Shown in pieces: positions 30,667 to 38,574 of a DNA stretch of 64,000 nt. The first letter of the stretch is position 1; the number at the start of each line of letters is the position of its first letter. The notes under the pieces were generated by a model. That model was not told the DNA's origin and did no database searches. It worked only from the letters and a program-made list of their open reading frames with translations. The stretch is from an uncultured Clostridia bacterium (GTDB lineage: Bacteria; Bacillota; Clostridia; UMGS1883). The stretch spans positions 11 through 64,010 of the forward strand of contig CANQRB010000006.1 in assembly GCA_947626145.1 (NCBI GenBank), in the 5' to 3' direction. The position numbers were made by a program, and so were the translations under genes.

Positions 30667-31299
30667 TTAAGCCTTTACTGTATTCTTGATGGTGACGATG
30701 CCGCCCCGGGGTCCGGGAACAGCGCCTCTAACAAGGATGAGGTTCCGTTCGGTATCTACTCTCACAACATCCAGATTCTGGACGGTGACTCTCTCGGCGC
30801 CCATGTGGCCGGGGAGCTTCTTGCCCTTCATAACTCTGGAGGGAGTGGAGCAGGCGCCCATGGAGCCGGGATGACGGTGAACGGGGCCGGTACCGTGGGT
30901 CTCCTTAAGTCTGTGGGTGCCGAAGCGCTTGATAACGCCGGCGTAGCCCTTACCCTTGCTGGTGCCGGTAACATCGACTCTGTCGCCCTCGGCGAAGACG
31001 TCGCACTTGATCTCGTCGCCCACGTTAAGGCCGCTTATGTCGGCCAGACGCAGCTCCTTGAGCACCTTGCGTACACTGACGCCGGCCTTCTTGAAATGGC
31101 CGCGCTCAGCCTGATTGGAACGCTTTTCCTTTTTGTCGCCGAAGCCTACCTGAACCGCCTCATAGCCGTCGGTCTCGACGGTCTTCTTCTGAACGACGGG
31201 GCAGGGGCCCGCTTCGATAACAGTAACGGGAATTACCTTGCCTGCGGGGTCGAAAATCTGAGTCATGCCGATTTTCTTACCTACGATTGCCTTCTGCAT
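30667..31299 (-). CDS. rplC: 50S ribosomal protein L3
   Basis: 210 aa; L3 sequence ([10 protein letters not shown]). Confidence 0.97.
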   Translation of the reverse strand: MQKAIVGKKIGMTQIFDPAGKVIPVTVIEAGPCPVVQKKTVETDGYEAVQVGFGDKKEKRSNQAERGHFKKAGVSVRKVLKELRLADISGLNVGDEIKCDVFAEGDRVDVTGTSKGKGYAGVIKRFGTHRLKETHGTGPVHRHPGSMGACSTPSRVMKGKKLPGHMGAERVTVQNLDVVRVDTERNLILVRGAVPGPRGGIVTIKNTVKA

Positions 31300-31367
31300 A
31301 AAATTGTCCTCCTTATTCGGTTATTGGTTGACCCTTTGGGCCAACATTACCTTGGGGTAACCCAAGC

Positions 31368-31694
31368 TTACTTGCTCTTGTCAATGAGCTTGACGTCGAT
31401 GCTCACGCCTGCGGGAACGTCCAGCTTGCCGAGAGCTTCCATCGTCTTGGGGGTGGGATTGAGAATATCGATCAATCTCTTGTGGGTTCTCTGCTCGAAC
31501 TGCTCACGGCTGTCCTTATCCTTGTGGACGGCGCGGAGAATGGTAACGATTTCCTTTTCGGTGGGCAGAGGGATGGGACCGGAGACTGTGGAGCCTGTTC
31601 TCCTGGCTGTTTCCACGATTTTTTCCGCGGACTGGTCAAGAAGAACGTGGTCGTAACCCTTGATCCTGATTCTCATTTTTTGCTTTGCTGCCAT
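31368..31694 (-). CDS. rpsJ: 30S ribosomal protein S10
   Basis: 108 aa; [16 protein letters not shown]; first gene of the S10 operon. Confidence 0.98.
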   Translation of the reverse strand: MAAKQKMRIRIKGYDHVLLDQSAEKIVETARRTGSTVSGPIPLPTEKEIVTILRAVHKDKDSREQFEQRTHKRLIDILNPTPKTMEALGKLDVPAGVSIDVKLIDKSK

Positions 31695-31985
31695 ACATGT
31701 GCCTCCTAAATAAAATAAAATTAAGTTATTTGTGACTCATGCGACACCTGTACATAGCGCCGGGCGTTTCACCCTTTGCCATACTAAAACCCGGACGCTG
31801 AGATCCGGGTACTACATGAAGATGGGCGCGGGAACCGTAGTCCCATCATCGAAGAATCGATGCACGCAAAGCTTTATCATGTTGTACAGTGACTGCCGCC
31901 CGGCTTCGGTGAGCCGGACATTCTCCACGGAAAAACCCGGCCTTTTGCCGGCAACCTCCCGCTTCATCGTATGTCATGTCACAGC
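31695..31985 (-). promoter_or_regulatory. ~290-nt structured 5' leader of the S10 operon with two terminator-like hairpins
   Basis: It lies between the consensus promoter (31992-32020) and the rpsJ ATG. Two hairpins are each followed by a U-run, at 31931-31952 and 31783-31810, and there is a further hairpin at 31898-31919. The 5' end TGTGAC is complementary to GTCACA, 37 nt upstream of the ATG. Confidence 0.6.
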
Positions 31986-31991
31986 TTTAAT

Positions 31992-32020
31992 ATTATACCT
32001 CAGCCGCCAAAATTTTGCAA
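31992..32020 (-). promoter_or_regulatory. Consensus sigma-A promoter of the S10 operon
   Basis: Minus strand reads TTGCAA, 17-bp spacer, TATAAT. Confidence 0.7.
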
Positions 32021-32206
32021 GGCATTTTGTAAATTTTTTTTGATATTTTTAAATTTCGTTAGAACTGCACAAAAATAGTTGTATATATTTATGCAGTTTT
32101 GGGCAGTTTTGCGGTATGCGTGGCAGTAACTTGGGAACATAATTTACGTTGTTTGCCGTCACTGACATAAACGTATCGTTAAATTTTCTTTTTTTACGGA
32201 CTTCCC

Positions 32207-32235
32207 TTGACAAATACGCATTAAATGCGTATAAT
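32207..32235 (+). promoter_or_regulatory. Consensus promoter of hicAB with palindromic operator in the spacer
   Basis: TTGACA, 17-bp spacer, TATAAT. The spacer plus the first base of the -10 carries the inverted repeat ACGCATT-A-AATGCGT (32216-32230). Confidence 0.7.
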
Positions 32236-32256
32236 GTAATCATAAGGGGGATTTAT

Positions 32257-32433
32257 ATGAAAAGGCGCGACCTGATAAAGCTGTTGGAACAGAACGGCTG
32301 GCGCTTTAAACGCGAAGGCGGCAGCCACGATATTTATACCAACGGTTCAGCATCCGAGCCTATACCGCGGCACCGTGAGATAGACGAGGAACTGGCAAAA
32401 TCCATTATAAGAAAATACGGTCTCAAAAAGTAA
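32257..32433 (+). CDS. hicA: HicA family mRNA-interferase toxin
   Basis: 58 aa from ATG 32257 (MKRRDLIKLLEQNGWRFKREGGSHDIY), a typical HicA dsRBD-like sequence with a catalytic His. Confidence 0.9.
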   Translation: MKRRDLIKLLEQNGWRFKREGGSHDIYTNGSASEPIPRHREIDEELAKSIIRKYGLKK

Positions 32434-32446
32434 GGAGTTGATTTTT

Positions 32447-32836
32447 ATGAAAAACTCATATCCCATAAAGATCCGCAAGGGCAAAACCCATCTCATAGCA
32501 GACCTCGTGGATTTCAACTCAAGCACACAGGGGGAAAACCTCACCGAGGTAATTGAAATGGCGCGGGACGCCATCGGACTGCTGGGCATAGATATGGAGG
32601 ACGACGGCAAAGCTTTGCCGATTCCGTCCGACATAACCTCCGTTGAACTTTGCGAAGGGGAAATTTCCACCCTCGTTGATGTGGACTTTACCGAATACCG
32701 CCGCAAGAACGACCTTCGCTCGGTGAAAAAGAATTGTACTATCCCGTCATGGCTCAACGCGGAGGCGGAAAAGGCACATATCAACTTTTCCGCGGTTCTT
32801 CAGGAAGCGCTGAAGCAAAGACTGCGGCTGCAATAA
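32447..32836 (+). CDS. hicB: HicB family antitoxin with C-terminal RHH-like DNA-binding tail
   Basis: 129 aa from ATG 32447, with SD AAGGAG upstream. N-terminal HicB fold; the C-terminal IPSWLNAEAEKAHINFSAVLQEALKQRL is ribbon-helix-helix-like. Confidence 0.85.
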   Translation: MKNSYPIKIRKGKTHLIADLVDFNSSTQGENLTEVIEMARDAIGLLGIDMEDDGKALPIPSDITSVELCEGEISTLVDVDFTEYRRKNDLRSVKKNCTIPSWLNAEAEKAHINFSAVLQEALKQRLRLQ

Positions 32837-32870
32837 TTTCGGTACAAAAATTATCTGAAGCTTTTATATC

Positions 32871-32905
32871 AAAAAACGACTGTCCTTGCCGAACAGCCGT
32901 TTTTT
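32871..32905. terminator. Bidirectional terminator between hicB and pyrE
   Basis: AAAAAACGACTGT...ACAGCCGTTTTTT; imperfect stem flanked by A and T tracts. Confidence 0.6.
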
Positions 32906-32908
32906 CAA

Positions 32909-32940
32909 TTACTTTATCCAGCTCTTACTTTATCCAGCTC
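32909..32940. repeat. Perfect 16-bp tandem duplication spanning the pyrE stop codon
   Basis: TTACTTTATCCAGCTC occurs at 32909-32924 and again at 32925-32940. The second copy encodes the last 4 full codons plus the stop of pyrE. Confidence 0.95.
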
Positions 32941-33554
32941 TCGTCGCTGGGGTTATCCCTGAACTTAAGTATCTTCGCGCCGTCCTCGGCCTTAATGTAT
33001 CCGTCGGCGGCGGCAACCTCAACTACCGCGTCGATATTTGACAGGCTTACATTCTTTACCTCCGCCTCGGCCAGACGCTCGATGCCCTTCTTCATGCCGT
33101 AGGTGAAGATGCTGGCTATGCCAAGGACATCGGCCCCGGCCTCACGGAGAACCTTCACCACCTCAAGGACGCTGCCGCCGGTGGAGATAAGATCCTCGAC
33201 AACAACCACCTTCTGACCCGGCTCCAGCTTGCCCTCGATCTGGTTAGCGCGGCCGTGATCCTTGGCTCCGCCGCGGACATAGCCCATGGGCAGGCCCATG
33301 AGATGGGCGGTTATGGCGGCGTGGGCGATGCCGGCGGTGGAAGTGCCCATGAGCACCTCAACGTCAGGATAGTTGGCCTTGATGACCTCCACAAGGCCCT
33401 CCTCCACCTGAGTGCGCACCTCCGGCGCCGTAAGTGTCAGGCGGTTGTCGCAGTAGATGGGGCTCTTGATGCCGCTGGCCCATGTGAAGGGCTGCTCAGG
33501 CCGCAGGAACACCGCCCCGATGGACAATAACGCCTTGGCGATTTTCTTTTCCAT
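32925..33554 (-). CDS. pyrE: Orotate phosphoribosyltransferase
   Basis: 209 aa; PRPP-binding motif [13 protein letters not shown]. Confidence 0.93.
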   Translation of the reverse strand: MEKKIAKALLSIGAVFLRPEQPFTWASGIKSPIYCDNRLTLTAPEVRTQVEEGLVEVIKANYPDVEVLMGTSTAGIAHAAITAHLMGLPMGYVRGGAKDHGRANQIEGKLEPGQKVVVVEDLISTGGSVLEVVKVLREAGADVLGIASIFTYGMKKGIERLAEAEVKNVSLSNIDAVVEVAAADGYIKAEDGAKILKFRDNPSDESWIK

Positions 33555-33600
33555 AATATCATCCTTTCTGTAATTTTAATTATCAATATAATAGAAATGA

Positions 33601-33645
33601 CTGCCCCGTAATATTCCTAATTCCTCATTCCTAACTCCTAATTCT
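33601..33645 (-). repeat. Heptamer-array half element (solo)
   Basis: CTGCCCCGTAATATTCCTAATTCCTCATTCCTAACTCCTAATTCT. It is near-identical to the reverse complement of 10846-10890 and to the right arms of the elements at 34100-34144 and 34265-34310. Confidence 0.75.
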
Positions 33646-33649
33646 ATTC

Positions 33650-34018
33650 TCATCCTTCCTCGCGGCGTACATACTCCGTTCCGTCGAGGGTGAGGGTATC
33701 ACCGTCCAGCGCAACATCCGCCTTTCGATCCTCTGTGACGGGCAGACGTTCAAAGCTTATTTCGCCCGAATCGTCAAAGGTGTATTTGTCCCGCATCCGC
33801 AGCTCAATCTTTCCGCCGGAAAGCCCAAACTCCCCGTTTTCCGAGGAAAGCTCGCCGGGGCCGAAGTCAGCGTACCTTATCTCATAGGTTCCGTCCTCGC
33901 CGAAATACACCGTGGCGGCGGAGTTTTCCCAGACGCCGGAAATGTCGGCTGGCTCCAGCTTTTGGCCGCAGGCAGTTAAGCAAACGAGAACGGAGAGAAT
34001 TAAAAGCAGTTTCTTCAT
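33650..34018 (-). CDS. Hypothetical lipoprotein
   Basis: 122 aa; signal peptide with lipobox LTAC (MKKLLLILSVLVCLTACGQ); no recognisable domain. Confidence 0.7.
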   Translation of the reverse strand: MKKLLLILSVLVCLTACGQKLEPADISGVWENSAATVYFGEDGTYEIRYADFGPGELSSENGEFGLSGGKIELRMRDKYTFDDSGEISFERLPVTEDRKADVALDGDTLTLDGTEYVRREEG

Positions 34019-34036
34019 TTTAAAATACCCATTTTT

Positions 34037-34144
34037 AATGAGGAATGAGGAGTGAGGAATTAGGAATAAGCCTGTTTACGGTATATATATGCAGTGCAAC
34101 TGCCGCACCGATATTCTTTATTTCTCATTCCTAATCTCTAATTT
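34037..34144. repeat. Inverted heptamer-array element A
   Basis: The left arm is (AATGAGG)-type x5 and the right arm is (CCTNANT)-type. They flank a ~45-bp core, TTTACGGTAT...AACTGCCGCACCGAT. Confidence 0.75.
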
Positions 34145-34145
34145 C

Positions 34146-34214
34146 CCACTCGTATTCCTTCACCATTTCCGCCCGAATGTAGTCCCTTTCGCCGGAAACG
34201 GACTCAATATAGTA
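34146..34214 (-). pseudogene. Duplicated 3'-terminal fragment (last ~22 codons) of the adjacent GNAT gene
   Basis: 69 bp, ~93% identical by eye to 34312-34380. The stop codon TGA is replaced by TGG, and there is no upstream reading frame. Confidence 0.85.
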
Positions 34215-34310
34215 GTGAGGTATTAGGAATAAGCTCATTTACGGTATCAATGACAGACAGTATAACTGCCGCGCCGATATTCCTCATCCCTCACTCCTAA
34301 TTCCTAATTT
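34215..34310. repeat. Inverted heptamer-array element B
   Basis: Same architecture as element A. It forms the second unit of a ~165-bp tandem duplication (34052-34214 and 34215-34380). Confidence 0.75.
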
Positions 34311-34311
34311 T

Positions 34312-34788
34312 TCACTCGTATTCCTTCACCATTTCCGCCCGAAGGTAGCCCCTTTCGCCGGAAACGGACTCGATATAGTATCCTCTGGAATAGTAGAAGC
34401 GCACTATTTCCGCCAGCTTGGCGGCGGTGTGGAGTCTCGCCCGCTTCATGCCGCGGCCCTTCGCCAGCATATCAGCCACATTGGACAGAGCCTTGCCTAT
34501 ACCGTTGTTCCGGTACTGACGGCTGACCCCGAAGCGGCTGACATAGACGGTCTTTGAACCGTCGTCAAAGGTGAGGCGCAGACTGCCAACCACCGTATCG
34601 CCCAAATAGGCCACTATGACGGTCTTTTCGCCGATGTCCCGCCGCACGTCCTCAACGGTCTCGTGCAGTGCCTCAATGTCGCTGAGCCCGGCCATCTCAC
34701 AGTATTTGCGGAAGGCCTCCCGGGTTATGGAATAAATGGCCTCCGCGTCGGCCTCGGTGGCCATGCGTATCTGAAACACTCCGTCCAT
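34312..34788 (-). CDS. GNAT family N-acetyltransferase
   Basis: 158 aa; acetyl-CoA binding motif RQYRNNGIGKAL. Confidence 0.85.
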   Translation of the reverse strand: MDGVFQIRMATEADAEAIYSITREAFRKYCEMAGLSDIEALHETVEDVRRDIGEKTVIVAYLGDTVVGSLRLTFDDGSKTVYVSRFGVSRQYRNNGIGKALSNVADMLAKGRGMKRARLHTAAKLAEIVRFYYSRGYYIESVSGERGYLRAEMVKEYE

Positions 34789-34830
34789 GAGCTGTTCTCC
34801 CCCGCCGCAAGGCGGCGCAATTCCTAATTT

Positions 34831-35757
34831 CTAATTTGCCATCAGCTGTGCCATGACGGCCTTTTGTGCGTGGAGCCGGTTTTCCGCCTCGTCGAAAATC
34901 ACGCTGTGAGGGCCGTCTATGACCTCTTCGGTGACCTCAAAGCCCCGATAGGCCGGCAGACAGTGGAGGAATATGGCGTCATCCTTCGCCTTGGCAAAAA
35001 GCTCTCCGTTGACCTGATAGCCCTCAAAATCCTTGATGCGTTGGGCCTTTTCCGCCTCCTGACCCATGGAGCACCAGGTGTCGGTGCAGACCACGTCCGC
35101 GCCGGTGATGGCCTCGACGGGATCGTGAGTGACGGTCACCTTAACGCCGGTGGCCTTGGCGTCGTTTTTGGCGTTCTCAACAACCTCAGCGCTGCACTCG
35201 TAGCCCTCCGGCGTGGCTATGGCAACATCTATACCCACCTTGGCGCAACCGTAGAGATAGGAGTGGGCCATATTGTTGCCGTCGCCGATATAGGCCAGCT
35301 TAAGGCCCTGAAGCTTACCCTTCTTCTCCGCGACGGTCTGGAGGTCGGCCAGCACCTGACAGGGATGCACAAGGTCGGTGAGGCCGTTTATCACGGGCAC
35401 GCCGCCGTATTTGGCAAGATCCTCCACGTCGGACTGCTTGAAGGTGCGTATCATTATGCCGTCCACATAGCGGCCCAGCACGTTGGCCGTGTCGTAAATC
35501 GTCTCACCCCGGCCCAGCTGAATGTCGGCGGAGGACAGGAAAATTCCCTGACCGCCCAGCTGGTAGATGCCGGTTTCGAAGGAGACCCGGGTGCGGGTGG
35601 AGGACTTGGTGAATATCATGGCCAAGGTCTTGCCCTCCAAAATGTGGTGCTTCACCCCGGCCTTAAGCTCCTTTTTGAGCTTGTCGGCCAGAGCGAGGGT
35701 TTCCAAAATATCGTCGGTGCTCCAGTCGTGGAGCGTCAGTAAATGCTTCTGATTCAT
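34831..35757 (-). CDS. argF: Ornithine carbamoyltransferase
   Basis: 308 aa; motifs SSTRTRVSFE, HPCQVLAD and HCLPAYRG. Confidence 0.95.
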   Translation of the reverse strand: MNQKHLLTLHDWSTDDILETLALADKLKKELKAGVKHHILEGKTLAMIFTKSSTRTRVSFETGIYQLGGQGIFLSSADIQLGRGETIYDTANVLGRYVDGIMIRTFKQSDVEDLAKYGGVPVINGLTDLVHPCQVLADLQTVAEKKGKLQGLKLAYIGDGNNMAHSYLYGCAKVGIDVAIATPEGYECSAEVVENAKNDAKATGVKVTVTHDPVEAITGADVVCTDTWCSMGQEAEKAQRIKDFEGYQVNGELFAKAKDDAIFLHCLPAYRGFEVTEEVIDGPHSVIFDEAENRLHAQKAVMAQLMAN

Positions 35758-36935
35758 GCCAATGCCTCCCCAAGCTTTGCGATAAAAATGTCTATATCCG
35801 TTTTGGAAATGATGAGGGGCGGGAGTATCCGCAGGGTGTGACCGCCCACACAGCCCACCAGCACCCGATCCTCAAAGAGCTTTTTCTGAACCTCCGCCGC
35901 CCGGCCCTGGGGCATCTGAAGGCCGATCATCAGGCCCTTGCGGCGTATTTCCAAAATATCGGATGAATTAAGGGCCTTTACCCTGTCTTCAAAATAATCC
36001 CCCATTTTGCGGACGTTGTCAAGAATATTTTCCTTTTCAAAAGCCTCGAAAACCGCCATGCCCGCCGCCGTGGCAAGGGGATTGCCGCCGAAGGTGCCGC
36101 CGTGGTCGCCGGGCTCGAAGCCCTTCGCCACGGACTCCTTCGCGCACAGTGCCCCGATGGGGACGCCGTTACCCAAGGCCTTGGCCAGAGTGAAGATGTC
36201 GGGCTCCACAGGCGTGGTCTGGTAGGCGAACATCTCTCCGGTGCGTCCCATACCGGTCTGAACCTCGTCGAAGATCAACAGGATGTCCCGTTCGTCGCAG
36301 AGCTTGCGCACTTTGAGCAGATACTCGTCGGTGCAGATATGGACGCCGCTTTCGCCCTGAACGGCCTCAAGCATGATGGCGCAGGTCTTGTCGGTGACGG
36401 CGGCTTCCAGCCCCTCAAAGTCGTTGATGTCCACGTGCTTTATGCCGGGGACGAGGGGCTTGTAGGGCTTCTGATACTTGGGCTGGCCGGTGGCGGCCAC
36501 GGTGGCCAGCGTACGGCCGTGGAAGGAGTTGTTGAGGGTGATTATCTCGTACTTCTCCCTGCCCTGTTTATAATAGTAGATTTTCGCCAGCTTCATGGCG
36601 CCCTCGTTGGCCTCGGCGCCGCTGTTGCAGAAGAACACACGGTCGGCCACGGAGCAGTCGCATATCTTCTTCGCCAGCAGGGCCTGATTTTTTATGTAGT
36701 AAAGGCTGGAGGTGTGGAGGAGCTTGCCCACCTGCTCCTGAACGGCCTTGGTAAAGCTCTCGTGACAGTGGCCCAGGGCCGTCACCGCTATGCCGGCGAA
36801 CATATCCATGTAGTCCTGTCCGTCCTCGGTGTAGAGGTACATTCCCTTGCCGTGGTCGAAGGCCACGGGCAGACGCTTGCCAAAGGTGTTCATGTAGTAT
36901 TTTTCGTCAACAGCCATGATTTCCTGTAAAGTCAT
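35754..36935 (-). CDS. argD: Acetylornithine aminotransferase (class III PLP)
   Basis: 393 aa; DEVQTGMGRTG motif and PLP lysine context TLAKALGNG; 4-nt overlap with argF. Confidence 0.9.
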   Translation of the reverse strand: MTLQEIMAVDEKYYMNTFGKRLPVAFDHGKGMYLYTEDGQDYMDMFAGIAVTALGHCHESFTKAVQEQVGKLLHTSSLYYIKNQALLAKKICDCSVADRVFFCNSGAEANEGAMKLAKIYYYKQGREKYEIITLNNSFHGRTLATVAATGQPKYQKPYKPLVPGIKHVDINDFEGLEAAVTDKTCAIMLEAVQGESGVHICTDEYLLKVRKLCDERDILLIFDEVQTGMGRTGEMFAYQTTPVEPDIFTLAKALGNGVPIGALCAKESVAKGFEPGDHGGTFGGNPLATAAGMAVFEAFEKENILDNVRKMGDYFEDRVKALNSSDILEIRRKGLMIGLQMPQGRAAEVQKKLFEDRVLVGCVGGHTLRILPPLIISKTDIDIFIAKLGEALA

Positions 36936-36962
36936 GGTAAATTCACCCCTTGGGAAATAAAA

Positions 36963-37000
36963 TATGTATTATTATACACCTAAATTTATAATTATGCAAT
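36963..37000 (-). promoter_or_regulatory. Putative argDF promoter overlapped by two ARG-box-like 18-mers
   Basis: Minus strand reads ATTGCATAATTATAAATT (36983-37000), a 2-bp gap, then GGTGTATAATAATACATA (36963-36980). The embedded promoter is -35 TTGCAT, 17-bp spacer, -10 TATAAT. Confidence 0.55.
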
Positions 37001-37109
37001 AGGAAAATGAAAATTTTTTCAGATTTTTAAGATTTATTTTTCCCATACTTTAAATTGAGCCCCGCGGCGGCATAAAGGTAAATAACTCACAACGTAATCT
37101 GGAGGCACG

Positions 37110-37392
37110 GGGCTGTCCAAAAAAATCGTGCAGAACGGACGAAAATCAGCCCGCGCAGGCGGCCCCTCCCGACGAGCAGGCCCTCCCGACGGCGTACACA
37201 GGTACGCCGAGTGGTGATTTTCGTTCGTAGTTCAAGGGCATAAATTACAAGAAAAACCGTCTTTTTCTCGTAAAAAGGCGGTTTTTCCACATTAATTCAC
37301 AATTTTGATTCTATTGACGAGTTTTCAAAACATGAATTTGGCTTAAATAAACGCTTTCAGCCCTTGAACGGTCTGCGCCATTTTTTTACAGC
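37110..37392. repeat. ~285-bp TIR-bounded structured element (MITE-like), copy 2, directly downstream of ftsZ
   Basis: Colinear with 15805-16090 and in the same orientation. It ends 10 nt after the ftsZ stop codon. Confidence 0.8.
37252..37286. terminator. Bidirectional intrinsic terminator inside the TIR element (likely terminates the dcw cluster after ftsZ)
   Basis: AAAAACCGTCTTTTT-CTCGT-AAAAAGGCGGTTTTT (one G:U pair). Confidence 0.75.
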
Positions 37393-37402
37393 CTTATGTA
37401 TC

Positions 37403-38473
37403 TCACATTCCTCTGAGGAAACTGGGTATGTCTGGAATATCGTCGGTGGCCGCAAGATTTTTCTTGAGAATATCCTTTGCACCACCCTTAAAGAAATCGT
37501 CCTTCTTGTTGGTCTTGGCCTGTCCGAGACCGGTGGCGATGACGGTGATGCGTATCTCGTCCTCAAGGTCGGGATCGATGGTGGCGCCGAAAATAACGTT
37601 GGCCTCGTCGTCCACCGACTGACGGATTATGGTGGCCGCCTGATTTACCTCGTTGATGGCCATGTTGTAACCGCCCACAAAATTGATGAGCACACCGGTG
37701 GCTCCCTCGATGGTGGTATCCAGGAGAGAACTTCTGATGGCGTCCTGAGCGGCCTTTTCGGCACGGTTCTCGCCGCCGGCGGTACCGATGCCCATGTGGG
37801 CCAGACCGGCGTCCTTCATGACGGAGGTAACGTCGGCAAAGTCAACATTGATAAGACCGGCCTGTGTAATGAGGTCGGCTATGCCCTGTACGCCGTGACG
37901 GAGCACCTCGTCAGCGCTGAAAAACGCGTCCTGAAGTGTGGTCTTGGGGTTGCTGATGTCGAGGAGCTTGTCGTTGGGTATAACTATCATGGTGTCAACA
38001 CAGTTCCTGAGCTGCTCGATACCCTCCTCAGCCTGAAGCATACGGCGCTTGCCCTCAAATTCAAAGGGCTTTGTCACGATAGCCACAGTGAGGACATTCT
38101 GCTCCTTGGCCGCCTCGGCCACGATCGGAGCCGCGCCCGTGCCTGTTCCGCCGCCCATACCGGCGGTCACGAATACCATGTCGGCGTCCTTTACAAGCTG
38201 AGATATTTCGTTCTTGGACTCCTCGGCGGCCTTGCGGCCGATCTCGGCCTTGCCGCCGGCGCCCTGGCCCCTGGTCACCTTTTCGCCTATCTGGAGCTTC
38301 TGGGTGGCCTGGCTGTGGGAGAGGGCCTGCTTATCCGTATTTATGGAAACAAATTCCACATCCTGAATGCCCATCTCGACCATACGGTTCACGGCGTTGT
38401 TGCCGCCGCCGCCGACACCGATTACCATAATTTTCTGAGCCGCAGTGGGCTCATCAGCGTATTCCATTCTCAT
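37403..38473 (-). CDS. ftsZ: Cell division protein FtsZ
   Basis: 356 aa; tubulin signature [10 protein letters not shown]; C-terminal peptide DIPSFLR. Confidence 0.98.
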   Translation of the reverse strand: MRMEYADEPTAAQKIMVIGVGGGGNNAVNRMVEMGIQDVEFVSINTDKQALSHSQATQKLQIGEKVTRGQGAGGKAEIGRKAAEESKNEISQLVKDADMVFVTAGMGGGTGTGAAPIVAEAAKEQNVLTVAIVTKPFEFEGKRRMLQAEEGIEQLRNCVDTMIVIPNDKLLDISNPKTTLQDAFFSADEVLRHGVQGIADLITQAGLINVDFADVTSVMKDAGLAHMGIGTAGGENRAEKAAQDAIRSSLLDTTIEGATGVLINFVGGYNMAINEVNQAATIIRQSVDDEANVIFGATIDPDLEDEIRITVIATGLGQAKTNKKDDFFKGGAKDILKKNLAATDDIPDIPSFLRGM

Positions 38474-38574
38474 TGGAAAGTCCTCCTCGCCGTGTTATTT
38501 TTTCGCACGTTATACTAATATGGTTTATTATACTATAAAAATAAAATTTATTCAATAGGAAATTATAAATTTTC

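Noticed and set aside
31732-32043. 103-aa + strand ORF, and a 43-aa minus-strand ORF starting at the leader's 5' end.
   Set aside because: Both lie inside the structured S10 leader. Neither has an SD, and the region is better explained as RNA structure. A leader-peptide function cannot be excluded, but nothing supports it.
32093-32127. GCAGT(TTTG) motifs phased at 10 and 20 bp upstream of both the S10 and hicAB promoters.
   Set aside because: There are only three short 5-mers, which is too little information to distinguish from chance. This is noted only as a possible UP-region or regulator site.
32049-32243. 64-aa minus-strand ORF in the AT-rich spacer.
   Set aside because: It overlaps the hicAB promoter and lies upstream of the S10 promoter. 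Its composition is AT-rich and low-complexity, and there is no SD.
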